Source: a virus. From it: DNA of 64,000 nt. The stretch lies in IMG/VR virus record IMGVR_UViG_3300009408_000001, positions 133,531 through 197,530 of that record. One strand, given 5' to 3'. Numbering within the stretch: the stretch's first letter is position 1; every line of letters starts with the position of its first letter. This document shows positions 9,751-20,273 of the stretch, piece after piece. A program made the position numbers and the translations under genes. A model generated the notes under the pieces. That model did no database searches. It saw nothing but the letters and a program-made list of their open reading frames with translations, and was not told the origin of the DNA.

Positions 9751-11205
9751 ATGAGACTGTCAATTGTAACGGAACATGGGGATAAGCGCCGGTTAATGGT
9801 GGAACACAATAACATTCCATTGGTGTGGTTATCCAGTGTATTGTATTCTAGAATTGTTAATCGACCCAGTGATTCCGTATTTGAGGTAGTAAACGATTAC
9901 CTTGCTACTCTTACGCCCGACACGCAACGGGATATATTCGCACTCTACGTTAAGGCGTACACATGGTTAGATTCGCCGGATGGTCAAGTTACACTCCAGA
10001 CCACGGGCGAAGATGAGATAAAGGCCATGTTCGTTGAAATGCACCGCCTACTAGACTACCCACGTCTGATTAAATGGATTGGTACCTCCGGGAGACTGGA
10101 GTTAAACGATACGATCACCGAGGTGTACACAGGTACATATCCTGTAGAGAGAACATACCTTAAAGGGGAGTACGAAGAACTGGCAGCACTTGCGGTACTT
10201 GCTAAGCTCGCCATGCCTATTTGGGGAACCATTGCCCAGTTCCGACAAGGGCAAGATAAGAAGTATAAGGAGATGGAATGTTTCCGCCTCTGGGAGAGAT
10301 CCCCGGTAATGGAAACAAGAGGCATGCTTAAGCTAACAGCATACTGTTCTTCTACATCGGACCAACTCGGAAAGAATTCCGCTGCAACAGTTTGTATGCA
10401 CATGGGTACAGAGGAGATCCCATTCTTCTTGGTATCCAAACGGATTGTACGGGACATCGCACTTGGTCCATTACGTACTCCCGGAACCACCCTGATAATG
10501 CTTATCTTTAACTCACTCCGTGGAGATGCACGGACGTTGGGTTCTGGTATCAAGGATAAGCGGTCTACCAGGCCAGTCGGTGGAGAAAAAGAGTCCGTAT
10601 CCGAATGGTTTCGGGCTTCTCAGAAGGTAGCCGACTATACGTACATCATGGCAGAGGAGTACATGCTGGACACCCAGGGGTGTGCGATAGATTTGAATGA
10701 GAAGGCAGATGTGGTTAAAGTGATGTCGTACCTAGCTGCAATCACGAATACACCGGAGTTTTCCATAGCGCCTTACCATGTGCCTCTCTGTGGGCTCATT
10801 CTACAGAAGGTTATCCACCCGAAGTCATTGCGTAACATAAAACGGGATTCAATGATGTCAGCCATTGCCGTGTCCGCTGCTTGGTTATCTGACAACGGGT
10901 ACCAGGAAATAGCCAACCTCATGCTAGCCCCACGACGGGTTAAGGAAGGCGACGACATGGAACTTCTACTGGCACAGGTGGGCGGGTATCCCTTTACCGC
11001 GTTTACAAGAGAGAACAAAGTACTATTGGAAGAGATGTATCCCTTCCAAAGAAGAGACAAAGGAGGTAGGAGTTTAGGAAACCCAGGAGCAGTTATGATT
11101 GACTCTATGTTGTCGGACATAGATGACAGTGTATTCCCAGGTGGTTCAGACGTGATACCCGACAACATACGGAACGACATCGTTTCCATAATCAGGAGAT
11201 TTTAA
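9751..11205 (+). CDS. nvRNAP promoter-specificity (sigma-like) subunit (phiKZ gp68-like)
   Basis: 484-aa helical protein; size and position in the conserved block. Confidence 0.7.
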   Translation: MRLSIVTEHGDKRRLMVEHNNIPLVWLSSVLYSRIVNRPSDSVFEVVNDYLATLTPDTQRDIFALYVKAYTWLDSPDGQVTLQTTGEDEIKAMFVEMHRLLDYPRLIKWIGTSGRLELNDTITEVYTGTYPVERTYLKGEYEELAALAVLAKLAMPIWGTIAQFRQGQDKKYKEMECFRLWERSPVMETRGMLKLTAYCSSTSDQLGKNSAATVCMHMGTEEIPFFLVSKRIVRDIALGPLRTPGTTLIMLIFNSLRGDARTLGSGIKDKRSTRPVGGEKESVSEWFRASQKVADYTYIMAEEYMLDTQGCAIDLNEKADVVKVMSYLAAITNTPEFSIAPYHVPLCGLILQKVIHPKSLRNIKRDSMMSAIAVSAAWLSDNGYQEIANLMLAPRRVKEGDDMELLLAQVGGYPFTAFTRENKVLLEEMYPFQRRDKGGRSLGNPGAVMIDSMLSDIDDSVFPGGSDVIPDNIRNDIVSIIRRF

Positions 11206-12710
11206 TGCAAAACGAACATAACTCATATAACCTAGTTAGTGAGACCCCCTCTGTAACACTGGTGTCCGCTGTGTTCAGTGAGGTACCATTAGAAGCACAG
11301 TCGCATTATCGACCCTTTACGGTCCGGACTGACCATACCACCGCCACTAGGTTGGATGAGATTACACAAGGTGGTCGCCTCACGGATGCCCTTAACTTAA
11401 CCAGCATTGCAGGTAGCATTGTAGCACCCGCAACACAGTCACAGGGAAAGATCGTTATTCCAAACGGGTGGGATACCCGAAGAATGTCCGTTACGCTGAC
11501 CTTTAACGTGTCCACGGGGTTTGGAGTTACCTTAGAAACCGTGAACGGGTACAGTTCCCACACGGGACTATCCCGAGATGGACAGAACCTTGACCCCCAG
11601 ATGGAAATTTTCCTAACCGGACATGAAACAGCTGTGCAAAAGAGAGCAATGGGTTCCGCCCCTTCCGCAGTCTCATACGGTAAGTGTTCTTCTAGTCAGT
11701 TGCTGGGTAACACACAACATGTGGGAATAGATGGCATCATCAGCGCAACAACCAGGATGGCAAGACCAACTGACCTCCTGTCTCACCAGGATAACGTGGT
11801 TAATAACTACGACCTTCCCAGCATTATTGACCAGCGTGGTGTAGTAGGTGGGGGGTATAGTTCATCCAGTACGGACAACGTCACGCCTTCCGTGTACCTG
11901 TCAAAGGTAATGGGTGCGTATAAGGAAGCATCTGCTACTGTAGGTAACCACCGTTCGTCCGGGCATGGTATTATGGCCGCTGCCGCAGTATCGGATTCTG
12001 CTACGGAGACAGAGAAATCGGAGTCTATCCTCTTTAGAACAATTGGAGATTACTCGCAACTGACCACTACTGGCCGGGTTACGGTAACCGAGTTGGCCAG
12101 GATGTTCCCTAACTTTGACCATGTTACGCACGTTAGCCTTATTCCCAGGACAGGTATGACTGACCTGACTGGACATGTAAACCACTGGGGAGGGTCTAAT
12201 CTGGAAACGAACATCGCTCTCATGTTGACTCAGTCCATCCCATCGTTCATGGCAACGTACATGATCGGCACGTACGGATTTGCAATGGATAATCATGTTA
12301 CTAACTTTGGCCAGGTTGGCCAGGTTGGAAATAACCATGTGAACTTCATTGAAACAGGGTGGCAGGGTAAGTTGGAACTTCCTGACAACCCCATCCGAGC
12401 GGACTATGTTAAACAGTCCATCACTGGGATCCTTGTGCCTCAGATCCTAGCAGCCGGTGTAGGGGACTTCATCATTTCCTGTACTGTAAACAGCCTAGGG
12501 AGTTGTTCAGTATCACTGAGCATCAACGGAGGGCACACAATGGAGTTCTCCAATGGGGTATACTCCAATGCCCTCTCTACACCGATTGGGGTCCATGGGA
12601 TGGACCAGGTGCGTGAAATCTCAGACGGTATCGTTGGGGCTACACAGGGAGCTATAAAAGACTCCCACCTGACCGCAGGTGGGTACGACGACATTTACCA
12701 AGGGTATTAA
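11205..12710 (+). CDS. PicA/Imp1-like nuclear import factor (phiKZ gp69-like)
   Basis: 501 aa, stop/start overlap with the gp68-like gene; synteny only. Confidence 0.62.
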   Translation: MQNEHNSYNLVSETPSVTLVSAVFSEVPLEAQSHYRPFTVRTDHTTATRLDEITQGGRLTDALNLTSIAGSIVAPATQSQGKIVIPNGWDTRRMSVTLTFNVSTGFGVTLETVNGYSSHTGLSRDGQNLDPQMEIFLTGHETAVQKRAMGSAPSAVSYGKCSSSQLLGNTQHVGIDGIISATTRMARPTDLLSHQDNVVNNYDLPSIIDQRGVVGGGYSSSSTDNVTPSVYLSKVMGAYKEASATVGNHRSSGHGIMAAAAVSDSATETEKSESILFRTIGDYSQLTTTGRVTVTELARMFPNFDHVTHVSLIPRTGMTDLTGHVNHWGGSNLETNIALMLTQSIPSFMATYMIGTYGFAMDNHVTNFGQVGQVGNNHVNFIETGWQGKLELPDNPIRADYVKQSITGILVPQILAAGVGDFIISCTVNSLGSCSVSLSINGGHTMEFSNGVYSNALSTPIGVHGMDQVREISDGIVGATQGAIKDSHLTAGGYDDIYQGY

Positions 12711-12711
12711 G

Positions 12712-14097
12712 ATGAAGAAGTTAGAAAAGCATTACCGATCAGTGTTATCGGATTGTGGCAACTTGGTTGAGGACAACGGTACTGTCTTAACCATGCTGGA
12801 AAATGTGAACACTGGTAAGTTGAAGCCCCGTAAAGTACGGGTGGCCAGAAGCACAGACCAAGGGGAGAAGGGGTGGAGATCTCTTCCACTGGTTATTCCA
12901 ACGAGTGGCCTGTTGGCAGAGGAAGATCAGTCTAAGATGGTGTTCTTCCATCCTGCGTGCGAAGAACTCTTACGTGGGCAGTCTGAAGTACTTAACGCGA
13001 TGGTTAAGATGGTATCCGAACGACTGTTCCTGTCGTCTACTTCGCTGATCGCTGCGATCATTTCGAATGCAAATGAAACCGACCTACCACAGTCTGCGGC
13101 AGAGGTGATTGCACAGGTCCCTATCGTGTCAGATAAGACAGTGTCGGACCACGCCAAGTTCATGTCTGGGATCACCGGGTTTGCTTCTCCTCGTCCAGCA
13201 GTACGGATTAAGTTCAAACGGAATGGGAACGACGACGGTAAAACGTACACTCACAAATGTACGATTGACTTCCCACCCATGCTTAATGACTTCTATGGCA
13301 GAAAGTTGACGAAAGCAGCTAAGGCGGCTATCTTGAAAGCGTACGAACTCGTTTGTGGCACAGGCGAGTACACTGCTTATTCAGAAGGCGGACAGGCACC
13401 GTATTATCGGACTCTACTAACCGCATACCACGAAGCCATGACTCGGATCAACACTGTTTCCAAGGCACTCAAGCACATTGGTCATCCAGTGTTGTGTGAG
13501 TTTAATGGTAAGTGGTTAAAGGAATTGGCCAAATTAGGAACGTGGTATAAGTCTGAGTTGTTCATTCAGCTAGAAGGAAACCGTGGACTAGGTGGCAGTC
13601 AAACAGAAGAAACCGCTTCTGTAGCACAACCCATTAAAACTGTAGCACCACAACGCAATGTTCCTGTAGCTCCAACACCAGTACCGCAGGCACCACCTGC
13701 TCCTGCTCCAGCCGCAAGTGCAGGTTCATGGTACCCACCTGTACAAACCCAGCAACAGCAACAGCCACAACAAGTGTACCCACCACAAGGCAGTTATCCA
13801 CAAACCCAGCCACAACAAGGATACCCACCACAAGGCAGTTATCCACAACCCCAGTATCCGCAACAAGGATACAGCCAACCCCCACCACAACAATCACAGT
13901 ATCCGCAACAAGGATACAACCAATCTCCACCACAACAACCCCAGTACCCGCAACAAGGATACAGCCAACCCCCACCACAACAATCACAGGGTGTTCCAAT
14001 GAAGTCATACCGGGATGATCGAACGGGTCAGATCATGCAAGCCCCAATGACTCCTGATGAAATCAACACCGCGAGAGCTCGAGGACAGCTCGTTTAA
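12712..14097 (+). CDS. Conserved protein (phiKZ gp70-like) with Q/P/Y-rich repeat tail
   Basis: ATG one base after the previous stop; C-terminal PQQGY repeats. Confidence 0.6.
   Translation: MKKLEKHYRSVLSDCGNLVEDNGTVLTMLENVNTGKLKPRKVRVARSTDQGEKGWRSLPLVIPTSGLLAEEDQSKMVFFHPACEELLRGQSEVLNAMVKMVSERLFLSSTSLIAAIISNANETDLPQSAAEVIAQVPIVSDKTVSDHAKFMSGITGFASPRPAVRIKFKRNGNDDGKTYTHKCTIDFPPMLNDFYGRKLTKAAKAAILKAYELVCGTGEYTAYSEGGQAPYYRTLLTAYHEAMTRINTVSKALKHIGHPVLCEFNGKWLKELAKLGTWYKSELFIQLEGNRGLGGSQTEETASVAQPIKTVAPQRNVPVAPTPVPQAPPAPAPAASAGSWYPPVQTQQQQQPQQVYPPQGSYPQTQPQQGYPPQGSYPQPQYPQQGYSQPPPQQSQYPQQGYNQSPPQQPQYPQQGYSQPPPQQSQGVPMKSYRDDRTGQIMQAPMTPDEINTARARGQLV
13777..13989 (+). repeat. 45-bp (15-aa) in-frame tandem repeats, about five units of two types
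   Basis: YPPQGSYPQ units at 13777 and 13822; QYPQQGY(S/N)Q(P/S)PPQQ(S/P) at 13852, 13897, 13942. Confidence 0.9.
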
Positions 14098-14109
14098 CAG
14101 CATATGAAG

Positions 14110-14138
14110 AAGTACCCCATCTGGGGTACTTTTTTATT
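14110..14138. terminator. Terminator between convergent genes
   Basis: AAGTACCCC-ATCT-GGGGTACTT plus T tract. Confidence 0.75.
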
Positions 14139-14476
14139 TACAGGCTCCCTCTTCTGGATAAGAAGGTTTGATATAGGTTTACGATCGCCATTGGGTCAAC
14201 GAGACTTATAACCGCGTGGTCAGATCGGAACTCAGAGGGGCTCTGCATTCCATTTACACGCATGATTATCCAATGTGTGTCTCTGGGTACCGAGTTTGCT
14301 ACAAGGAACCCGTATAGGTCACCAGGATACATCTGATGAGCTGCCGTATCGGGGAGAAGATGCCGCTGTATGTGTTTCTCTCGTATTACATCTAAGTGGT
14401 CCTCTAACATAACCCTGAATGCAGGAGAGTGTAGGGAACCGGAATCGGTGGTTTGAAGAAGTGTGTTGATAAACAT
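14138..14476 (-). CDS. Small conserved protein, possibly T4 gp53/LysM-like baseplate wedge component
   Basis: GDLYGFL...WIIMRVNGMQSP resembles the gp53-type LysM-like signature; start trimmed to MFINTLL. Confidence 0.45.
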   Translation of the reverse strand: MFINTLLQTTDSGSLHSPAFRVMLEDHLDVIREKHIQRHLLPDTAAHQMYPGDLYGFLVANSVPRDTHWIIMRVNGMQSPSEFRSDHAVISLVDPMAIVNLYQTFLSRRGSL

Positions 14477-14498
14477 AGTGTCACCAGACCTATAGGAA

Positions 14499-14513
14499 TA
14501 TATTACCATTGTG
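14499..14513 (+). promoter_or_regulatory. Early promoter (TATATTAC-N6-G) for nvRNAP beta/beta' operon
   Basis: Exact phiKZ early consensus 25 nt before the start codon. Confidence 0.75.
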
Positions 14514-14531
14514 GAACAACAGGAGAATACA

Positions 14532-16661
14532 ATGATAACAGAAGAAATACGCAACCTAAACTACGATGATCTTTTGGCTGCCTTGCCACGGGCAATGTCA
14601 TTAGAACACATGGGGATGGATGCAGCTAAACAGTCCTTTGGGATAAATAACAGTGGGAGCAGGAAACAGATGGCTACTGCAATGACAGCACAAGCCGTGT
14701 TGCCAAAGGTACCAACTGTAGCACGCTGTCTACATGGACTGGAATCCCAGTTGGCAGAATACACTGTACGCATACAGGCACCGTGTGACCTGATTGTTAA
14801 GAAAGTGATCTCCAAGTACCCAAGGGGAATAGGAGATGGGTCCTTTGCAGAGAACCCATTAATCACGGTCATCTTCCAGCATGCAGAGACAGGCCAATAT
14901 GGTAGTTTCCATATACAATCCTACCACAACCAAGAGGACCGTTACCATGAAGTGTTTGGCTTTAAATACAAGTTGACACTGCTCGGTAAGCAGTTACACC
15001 CTGGTATGAGAATTGCGGAAGGTGCAGTACTGGCAAAGGGACCCAGTGTTACCGAGGACGGTACTTACATGTCCGGGTTGGGTGCGAACCTAGCCTACAT
15101 GGAATTACCACATGGGATTGAAGATGGGTTCCGGGTCTCTAGGGAATGGGTTGAGCGAGCCAGCCCTATTGGAACCATGATGTACACCTGCTCGTCTGGT
15201 AACAAGTGGTTCCTCTTAAACATGTATGGGGATAAGGATAACTTCATTCCGTTTCCTGCCATAGGACAAGGTATTCGAGCGGATGGTATCCTGTATGCAA
15301 TGCGGGTGTTTGACCCGGTGTTCAACGGGATTGACATGACTGCCGAGGCACTGATGGTCGTGGATAGGGTACACGATAACGTGTGTTACGTTGACCCTAA
15401 GCTCATGTCCAAGGGGGCTAACGCATCTGTTATTGACATTACCGTGTTGACCACCACCACCGAAGGGAATAAGAAACGGTCTACTCCAGTGGGAATGGAG
15501 CTAGCTATGAATAAGTACGTGACGGCTACTAGTACTTATTGGAAAGAGATCGCAGACTTTTACTTTGAAGTAACCCGTGGACAATCTGACAAAGGCAGTA
15601 TGTTACAACCGGAGTTCCAGACATTGGTGACTCGTGCGTTTGGGGATGTTCCTTCTACAACCGCAAAACGTACAGCATGTGGAGCAAAGCACGTACATAA
15701 GTCATATCGGGATACTCCAATTGACGAGTTCACTGTAGAGATTAGATTGCAGTACACTCACGTACTTGACCTGGGAGGTAAGACAACCAACCTACATGGT
15801 CATAAGGGGGTGTTCTGTCTCATAACCCCACGCAGTGAAATGCCACGGGACGAGTTCGGTAACATAGCGGACATCGTTTACTACACCAAGGGAGTTATTG
15901 GTAGACTCAATCCGGGACAACTGTACGAACACTTCCTAAATGCCACAGCACGTGATGTCAGTAAGGATATACGGAAAATGGTAGACGCGGGCAAATGGGA
16001 TGATGCATGGAACCACTATGTCGGTTACATTGAAGCGTCAAACCCGGCTTACCTGAGTGTTGTGAAGTCGGCTAGTCCGGATGAGATACAGGAAGTCGTA
16101 GAAGGAATCTACGCCGATGGCATTTACAACTTTGTTCCAGCAAACTCCGGTGACATTGGCATAGAGGTCCGAGATCGGATTAACGCATTCCGTCCTCCAG
16201 ATAAGAGTCCCGTCACTTATGTGGATACTAACGGCAATACGGTTACAACGTTGGTACCTGTGTTGATTGGAGAAGTGCAACAACTTATCCTGGAGAAGAT
16301 TCTACATAAACCGGCGGCGGTGGCAGGGGCACCGCGTGGAACATACGGTTTGATCATACCACCTTCTAAGTCAACGAAGTATAACACCCCAGGTAACCAA
16401 ACCGCTCCACGGGGAATTGGGGAGTCTGAAAGTCGGAATGCCGCATCGGTCTTACCCAAAGGCGAGATCAATGAGGTACTTCAGATGAGTACGGATCCAA
16501 AGGCACATGCCTCTTCCGTTAGAAAGATCTACACTGGGCCAAACCCGTGTCAGGTACCGGATTCCCTAGATCGAGATGGGGAACCCAGTATTGGGCGAGC
16601 AGCAGCATACGTAAGACACATCCTGAGGTGTTACGGCATCGACATAGTGAACGAGGCATAG
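14532..16661 (+). CDS. nvRNAP beta C-terminal subunit (phiKZ gp71-73-like), uninterrupted
   Basis: GKTTNLHGHKGV and RLNPGQLYE motifs; R(K)QM-type motif (SRKQM); start ATG after AGGAG. Confidence 0.9.
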   Translation: MITEEIRNLNYDDLLAALPRAMSLEHMGMDAAKQSFGINNSGSRKQMATAMTAQAVLPKVPTVARCLHGLESQLAEYTVRIQAPCDLIVKKVISKYPRGIGDGSFAENPLITVIFQHAETGQYGSFHIQSYHNQEDRYHEVFGFKYKLTLLGKQLHPGMRIAEGAVLAKGPSVTEDGTYMSGLGANLAYMELPHGIEDGFRVSREWVERASPIGTMMYTCSSGNKWFLLNMYGDKDNFIPFPAIGQGIRADGILYAMRVFDPVFNGIDMTAEALMVVDRVHDNVCYVDPKLMSKGANASVIDITVLTTTTEGNKKRSTPVGMELAMNKYVTATSTYWKEIADFYFEVTRGQSDKGSMLQPEFQTLVTRAFGDVPSTTAKRTACGAKHVHKSYRDTPIDEFTVEIRLQYTHVLDLGGKTTNLHGHKGVFCLITPRSEMPRDEFGNIADIVYYTKGVIGRLNPGQLYEHFLNATARDVSKDIRKMVDAGKWDDAWNHYVGYIEASNPAYLSVVKSASPDEIQEVVEGIYADGIYNFVPANSGDIGIEVRDRINAFRPPDKSPVTYVDTNGNTVTTLVPVLIGEVQQLILEKILHKPAAVAGAPRGTYGLIIPPSKSTKYNTPGNQTAPRGIGESESRNAASVLPKGEINEVLQMSTDPKAHASSVRKIYTGPNPCQVPDSLDRDGEPSIGRAAAYVRHILRCYGIDIVNEA

Positions 16662-16663
16662 AC

Positions 16664-18628
16664 ATGGGTAGCGCAATTCAGTTAAAAGAGTACACCGTAG
16701 CCGATTTACTGGCTATCTCTCCAAGTGAGATTGAAGGGAAACTGCCACCGGTTCATATTGTTCGGTTTCCAGATAACACCCTCCTGTTATCTAGTCCACC
16801 TAGGACTAGAGTATCCAGGACATACTGGGAGTTATTCTGCCTATATCCCGGTGCGGTAATCGGCAGGGAGCATATGCTACCCGCTACGGTTTTTAAGAAG
16901 TCCAGTGATGTGGACCTGTTGCAGACTTTGTTCTGGGATGTCCGTGCGGGACACATGGCACTCCATCCAGATGCAGAAGATCCTGTTTGGAGAATGGCAA
17001 AATCCGCATATGAGATCCAGAACACGATGTACAACATGTACGTCAGTGACCTGGGGAAGTATGGTTCATCCGTAGACTTGGATGCCCTTTCCGAGATCAT
17101 GACACACCCACAGGTGGTTTCGGCACTCAAGGCAAATGATGACGGGGATATCGACCTTGACGAAACATACCGTCGGATCATCTCGTTCATGCAATCTCCA
17201 CTACCGGAGTTAAGAGACAACGGGATTGCTAGGTTATCTCGGTGTAACCTTTTGTCACTGGCACAGACGGTACAGATGGTAGGGCGTCGAGGTCAAGTAT
17301 CTGCGGCAGATGGGAGAATCTATAAGTACCCTCTGAAGGGTAGTTTTGGAAATGGCCTAGGTGACCTGTACTCTTACGCTACAGAATCCCGTTCTGCGTC
17401 GTTGTCACTGTACATGACCGATGGGCCACTCAAGGATACGGAGTACTTCAATAGACGCATGCAACTCGTGTGTGCTATTATACAGGGGATCAAACTCAAA
17501 GACTGTGGAGATACAAAGGGCATTCGGTATCAGGTAGGTGACTATGACATACCGACCCTGGAGGGACGTTATCGTATCCTTGAAGACGGTACACATACTC
17601 GGATCAACATTGACGATGTACACCTCATCGGAAAAGAGATCCAGGTTCGAAGCATTACGACGTGTCGTTCTCCAGACCCAACACACAGCTGTAAAGTGTG
17701 CATGGGAGATATACATGTCACGATGCCTCCTCACACGAACTACGGTCACTTCCTGACGGTCTATGTGCTTTCTAAGTTATCCCAGCTTATTCTAAGTACG
17801 AAGCATGTTGTGACCAGTGCAGAGGCACTTACGTTAGTCCTTAGTAAGGACCTTCAAACGTGGTTCCGACTGGACAAGTTGAACAAGTCACAGGTTCGGC
17901 TACAACGGGGGGTAGGGAACGTTATGATCCGCGTTCCAGCGGAAGGGGTATTCGGGAGAAACATTGTACTGCATCATAAAGGAGATGTCGGTACTTTATC
18001 TCCACCCCGGATAAGTTGTATCCCTTCTCTTAAGATCGCACAGATGGGACCATCGGGTACACGTACAGGAAACTGGATTGACGTGGATGTTTCAGTAGGC
18101 GGCATTGGCAGTGCCTTATCAACAGATGTACTGCGAGAGATGCACCTGAGTGGTTGGGAGAACGAAGATGGGGAACTGTTAATCCGGTTGCCTAACTTCG
18201 GCGGTAATTCCGTATTCATTACGCCTCGTCGGAATGACTCCATGATGGATTACGTGAAACGGTTCATGTACTTCATCTTTGCTGGAGATCCTCGTGCCGG
18301 TAAGGGAGATAGTATCGCTAACTACGATACTCCAGATGCGGCAATCGCTGCTTTGCGTACCATCGTAGATGAGCGTGTTCCAGAAGCATCCTTTGGTAAC
18401 ATAGAGGTGTTCATTCGTGCAGTAATGACGGTTGCAGGAAGACGTAACCTGAACTTACCCGTTGGAGGAGAGCCCTTCAAGTTCGTATCAGCACTGCATG
18501 TTCTATCAGGTAGGTCAACAAGTGCGGTTCTGGTTTACCAAGGACAACGCAAGGTACTAACCACACCGGGTTCACTCTTAAGGAAAGTGACTCAGGATCA
18601 TCCGATCGACTGTATGTTCGGAGAATAG
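16664..18628 (+). CDS. nvRNAP beta' C-terminal subunit (phiKZ gp74-like)
   Basis: Zn-binding DCG...C...CKVCMG, bridge-helix-like region, ILSTKH; true start 16664. Confidence 0.85.
   Translation: MGSAIQLKEYTVADLLAISPSEIEGKLPPVHIVRFPDNTLLLSSPPRTRVSRTYWELFCLYPGAVIGREHMLPATVFKKSSDVDLLQTLFWDVRAGHMALHPDAEDPVWRMAKSAYEIQNTMYNMYVSDLGKYGSSVDLDALSEIMTHPQVVSALKANDDGDIDLDETYRRIISFMQSPLPELRDNGIARLSRCNLLSLAQTVQMVGRRGQVSAADGRIYKYPLKGSFGNGLGDLYSYATESRSASLSLYMTDGPLKDTEYFNRRMQLVCAIIQGIKLKDCGDTKGIRYQVGDYDIPTLEGRYRILEDGTHTRINIDDVHLIGKEIQVRSITTCRSPDPTHSCKVCMGDIHVTMPPHTNYGHFLTVYVLSKLSQLILSTKHVVTSAEALTLVLSKDLQTWFRLDKLNKSQVRLQRGVGNVMIRVPAEGVFGRNIVLHHKGDVGTLSPPRISCIPSLKIAQMGPSGTRTGNWIDVDVSVGGIGSALSTDVLREMHLSGWENEDGELLIRLPNFGGNSVFITPRRNDSMMDYVKRFMYFIFAGDPRAGKGDSIANYDTPDAAIAALRTIVDERVPEASFGNIEVFIRAVMTVAGRRNLNLPVGGEPFKFVSALHVLSGRSTSAVLVYQGQRKVLTTPGSLLRKVTQDHPIDCMFGE
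16772..16791. promoter_or_regulatory. Intragenic copy of the GATAACA-N6-TGTTATC palindrome
   Basis: AGATAACA-CCCTCC-TGTTATCT; same arms and spacer length as the copies at 27923, 50815, 51455, 52110. Confidence 0.45.
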
Positions 18629-18634
18629 TAAATG

Positions 18635-18668
18635 GCCGCTAACTTGCTAGTTAGCGGCTTTATTTTAT
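18635..18668 (+). terminator. Terminator-like hairpin after nvRNAP beta'
   Basis: GCCGCTAAC-TTGCTA-GTTAGCGGC plus T-rich tail. Confidence 0.65.
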
Positions 18669-18693
18669 GTCATTAAACCAAACGGGAGGAGAC

Positions 18694-20217
18694 ATGGCTA
18701 CATTTACGGTCGACAATTACAGCCATGGGTTTACCATTAAGGCATCGACAGGAACAGCACAGAAAGCATTATTAGATTACTGTAAGGGACTGTCTACATT
18801 CGAGAAGAAATGGGACCCCCTCTCAATGCAACGCCGTACGTTCGTAAAGGACGTTTACGCAGCCGCATCCCCGTACCTACAGAACATCGGGTTCGTCAAT
18901 GGGGATTGGAAAGCACTACGTAGCAAGTTATACAGCGCAGGGTTTACTGATGTGGATTTCACGCACCAGGTACACCGTGCATCAGACGGCGTACCCATTG
19001 AGGTGGAGCTACGAGATTGGGTCTCTCCACGTGAAGAACAAGTCCCAGTCGTAGAGTTCTTAACAAGACCACAAGCCCCAACCTGTGTACTTCCCATGCG
19101 CACGGGTGGTGGTAAGACCATTTCCACGATCATGTCTATCGCTAAGGTAGGTAGACGCGCTTGTCTCTCGATGGCCCGACAACACATCATCACATGGATG
19201 AAGTCAATCGAGGAGTTCACATTAACCGAGAAAGATGAGATCTTCTGGGCAGATGGACAACCTGGCTTAACCAAGCTAATAAAACAAGCGAAAGCCGGAG
19301 AGTGTAACTACAAGTTCATCTTCATAACGGTGGGTACAATGCGGGGTTTCATAAAACGATACCTTGCAACGGGCCACTTGATTGAGGGCGTAAGTCCACG
19401 TGACCTTATGTCCATCCTAGGGGTAGGTATCTTAGCGGTGGATGAATCCCACGAGAATGTACATGCCATGTGTATCGCTGCTATCCATACCCACGTAGCA
19501 AAGGTCATATACCTCTCTGCCACCATCGTAACTGACAATAAGTTCACAGAGGGCATCTACGATAAACTCTTCCCTCAGGACCTCAGGTTCAGTGGTGGAC
19601 GAGAGAATGACCACGTTGAAGTATACCCTGTCTTTTATCGGCACTCTGCACCAAAGCAAGTTAAGTGCAAGGGTAAGATGGGATACAGTCACATCATGTA
19701 TGAGGCATGGTTGTTGGAAGACGAACGTAGAATGACTGCGTACTACGATCTGGTAAATGCCATTGTTGGCGGTACCTTTATGAAGTCGTATAAGAAGGGA
19801 CAGAAAGCCCTGTTGTTCTGTGCCACCATTGACTTCTGTAAAGAGATAGCACGTAGACTGGACCTAGACTACCGTGACCAAGGGATTGTTGCTAAGTCCT
19901 ATAACGGAACAGATGCATATTCTGTCTTGTATGATTCAGACATCGTTGTCTCTACAGTGGGGTCAGCAGGTACCGGGAAGGACATACCCAACATGATGGT
20001 TGCCGTATCGTGCATTGCCATTGGCTCCGTTCAAAAGAACCTGCAGATGTTGGGGCGACCCCGCCCACCAAAAGACTTTCCTGGGATTGACCCCCAGTAT
20101 TTCTACTTGGTGGCGAGTGACATTAAACAACACCTGGATTATGACAAGCGTAAGCGCGCAGCCTTCACAGGCATGTGTCGGTTTGTCAAGCCACTTAACT
20201 CTAACAAGGTTATCTAA
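18694..20217 (+). CDS. Superfamily 2 DExH helicase (phiKZ gp75-like)
   Basis: TGGGKT, VDESH, LSAT, GTGKDIP, QMLGRPR motifs. Confidence 0.9.
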   Translation: MATFTVDNYSHGFTIKASTGTAQKALLDYCKGLSTFEKKWDPLSMQRRTFVKDVYAAASPYLQNIGFVNGDWKALRSKLYSAGFTDVDFTHQVHRASDGVPIEVELRDWVSPREEQVPVVEFLTRPQAPTCVLPMRTGGGKTISTIMSIAKVGRRACLSMARQHIITWMKSIEEFTLTEKDEIFWADGQPGLTKLIKQAKAGECNYKFIFITVGTMRGFIKRYLATGHLIEGVSPRDLMSILGVGILAVDESHENVHAMCIAAIHTHVAKVIYLSATIVTDNKFTEGIYDKLFPQDLRFSGGRENDHVEVYPVFYRHSAPKQVKCKGKMGYSHIMYEAWLLEDERRMTAYYDLVNAIVGGTFMKSYKKGQKALLFCATIDFCKEIARRLDLDYRDQGIVAKSYNGTDAYSVLYDSDIVVSTVGSAGTGKDIPNMMVAVSCIAIGSVQKNLQMLGRPRPPKDFPGIDPQYFYLVASDIKQHLDYDKRKRAAFTGMCRFVKPLNSNKVI

Positions 20218-20273
20218 TATACGCGTCCCTCTTTGGGGGCGTTTCTTTTTTACCTCAACCGGACACACCTAAC

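Noticed and set aside
12730-12749. CATTAC followed by the GTGTTATC half-site
   Set aside because: The left arm is missing and it lies inside a CDS start.
16547-16663. Apparent 115-nt overlap of the nvRNAP beta and beta' genes
   Set aside because: ORF-caller extension; ATG 16664 follows the upstream stop directly.
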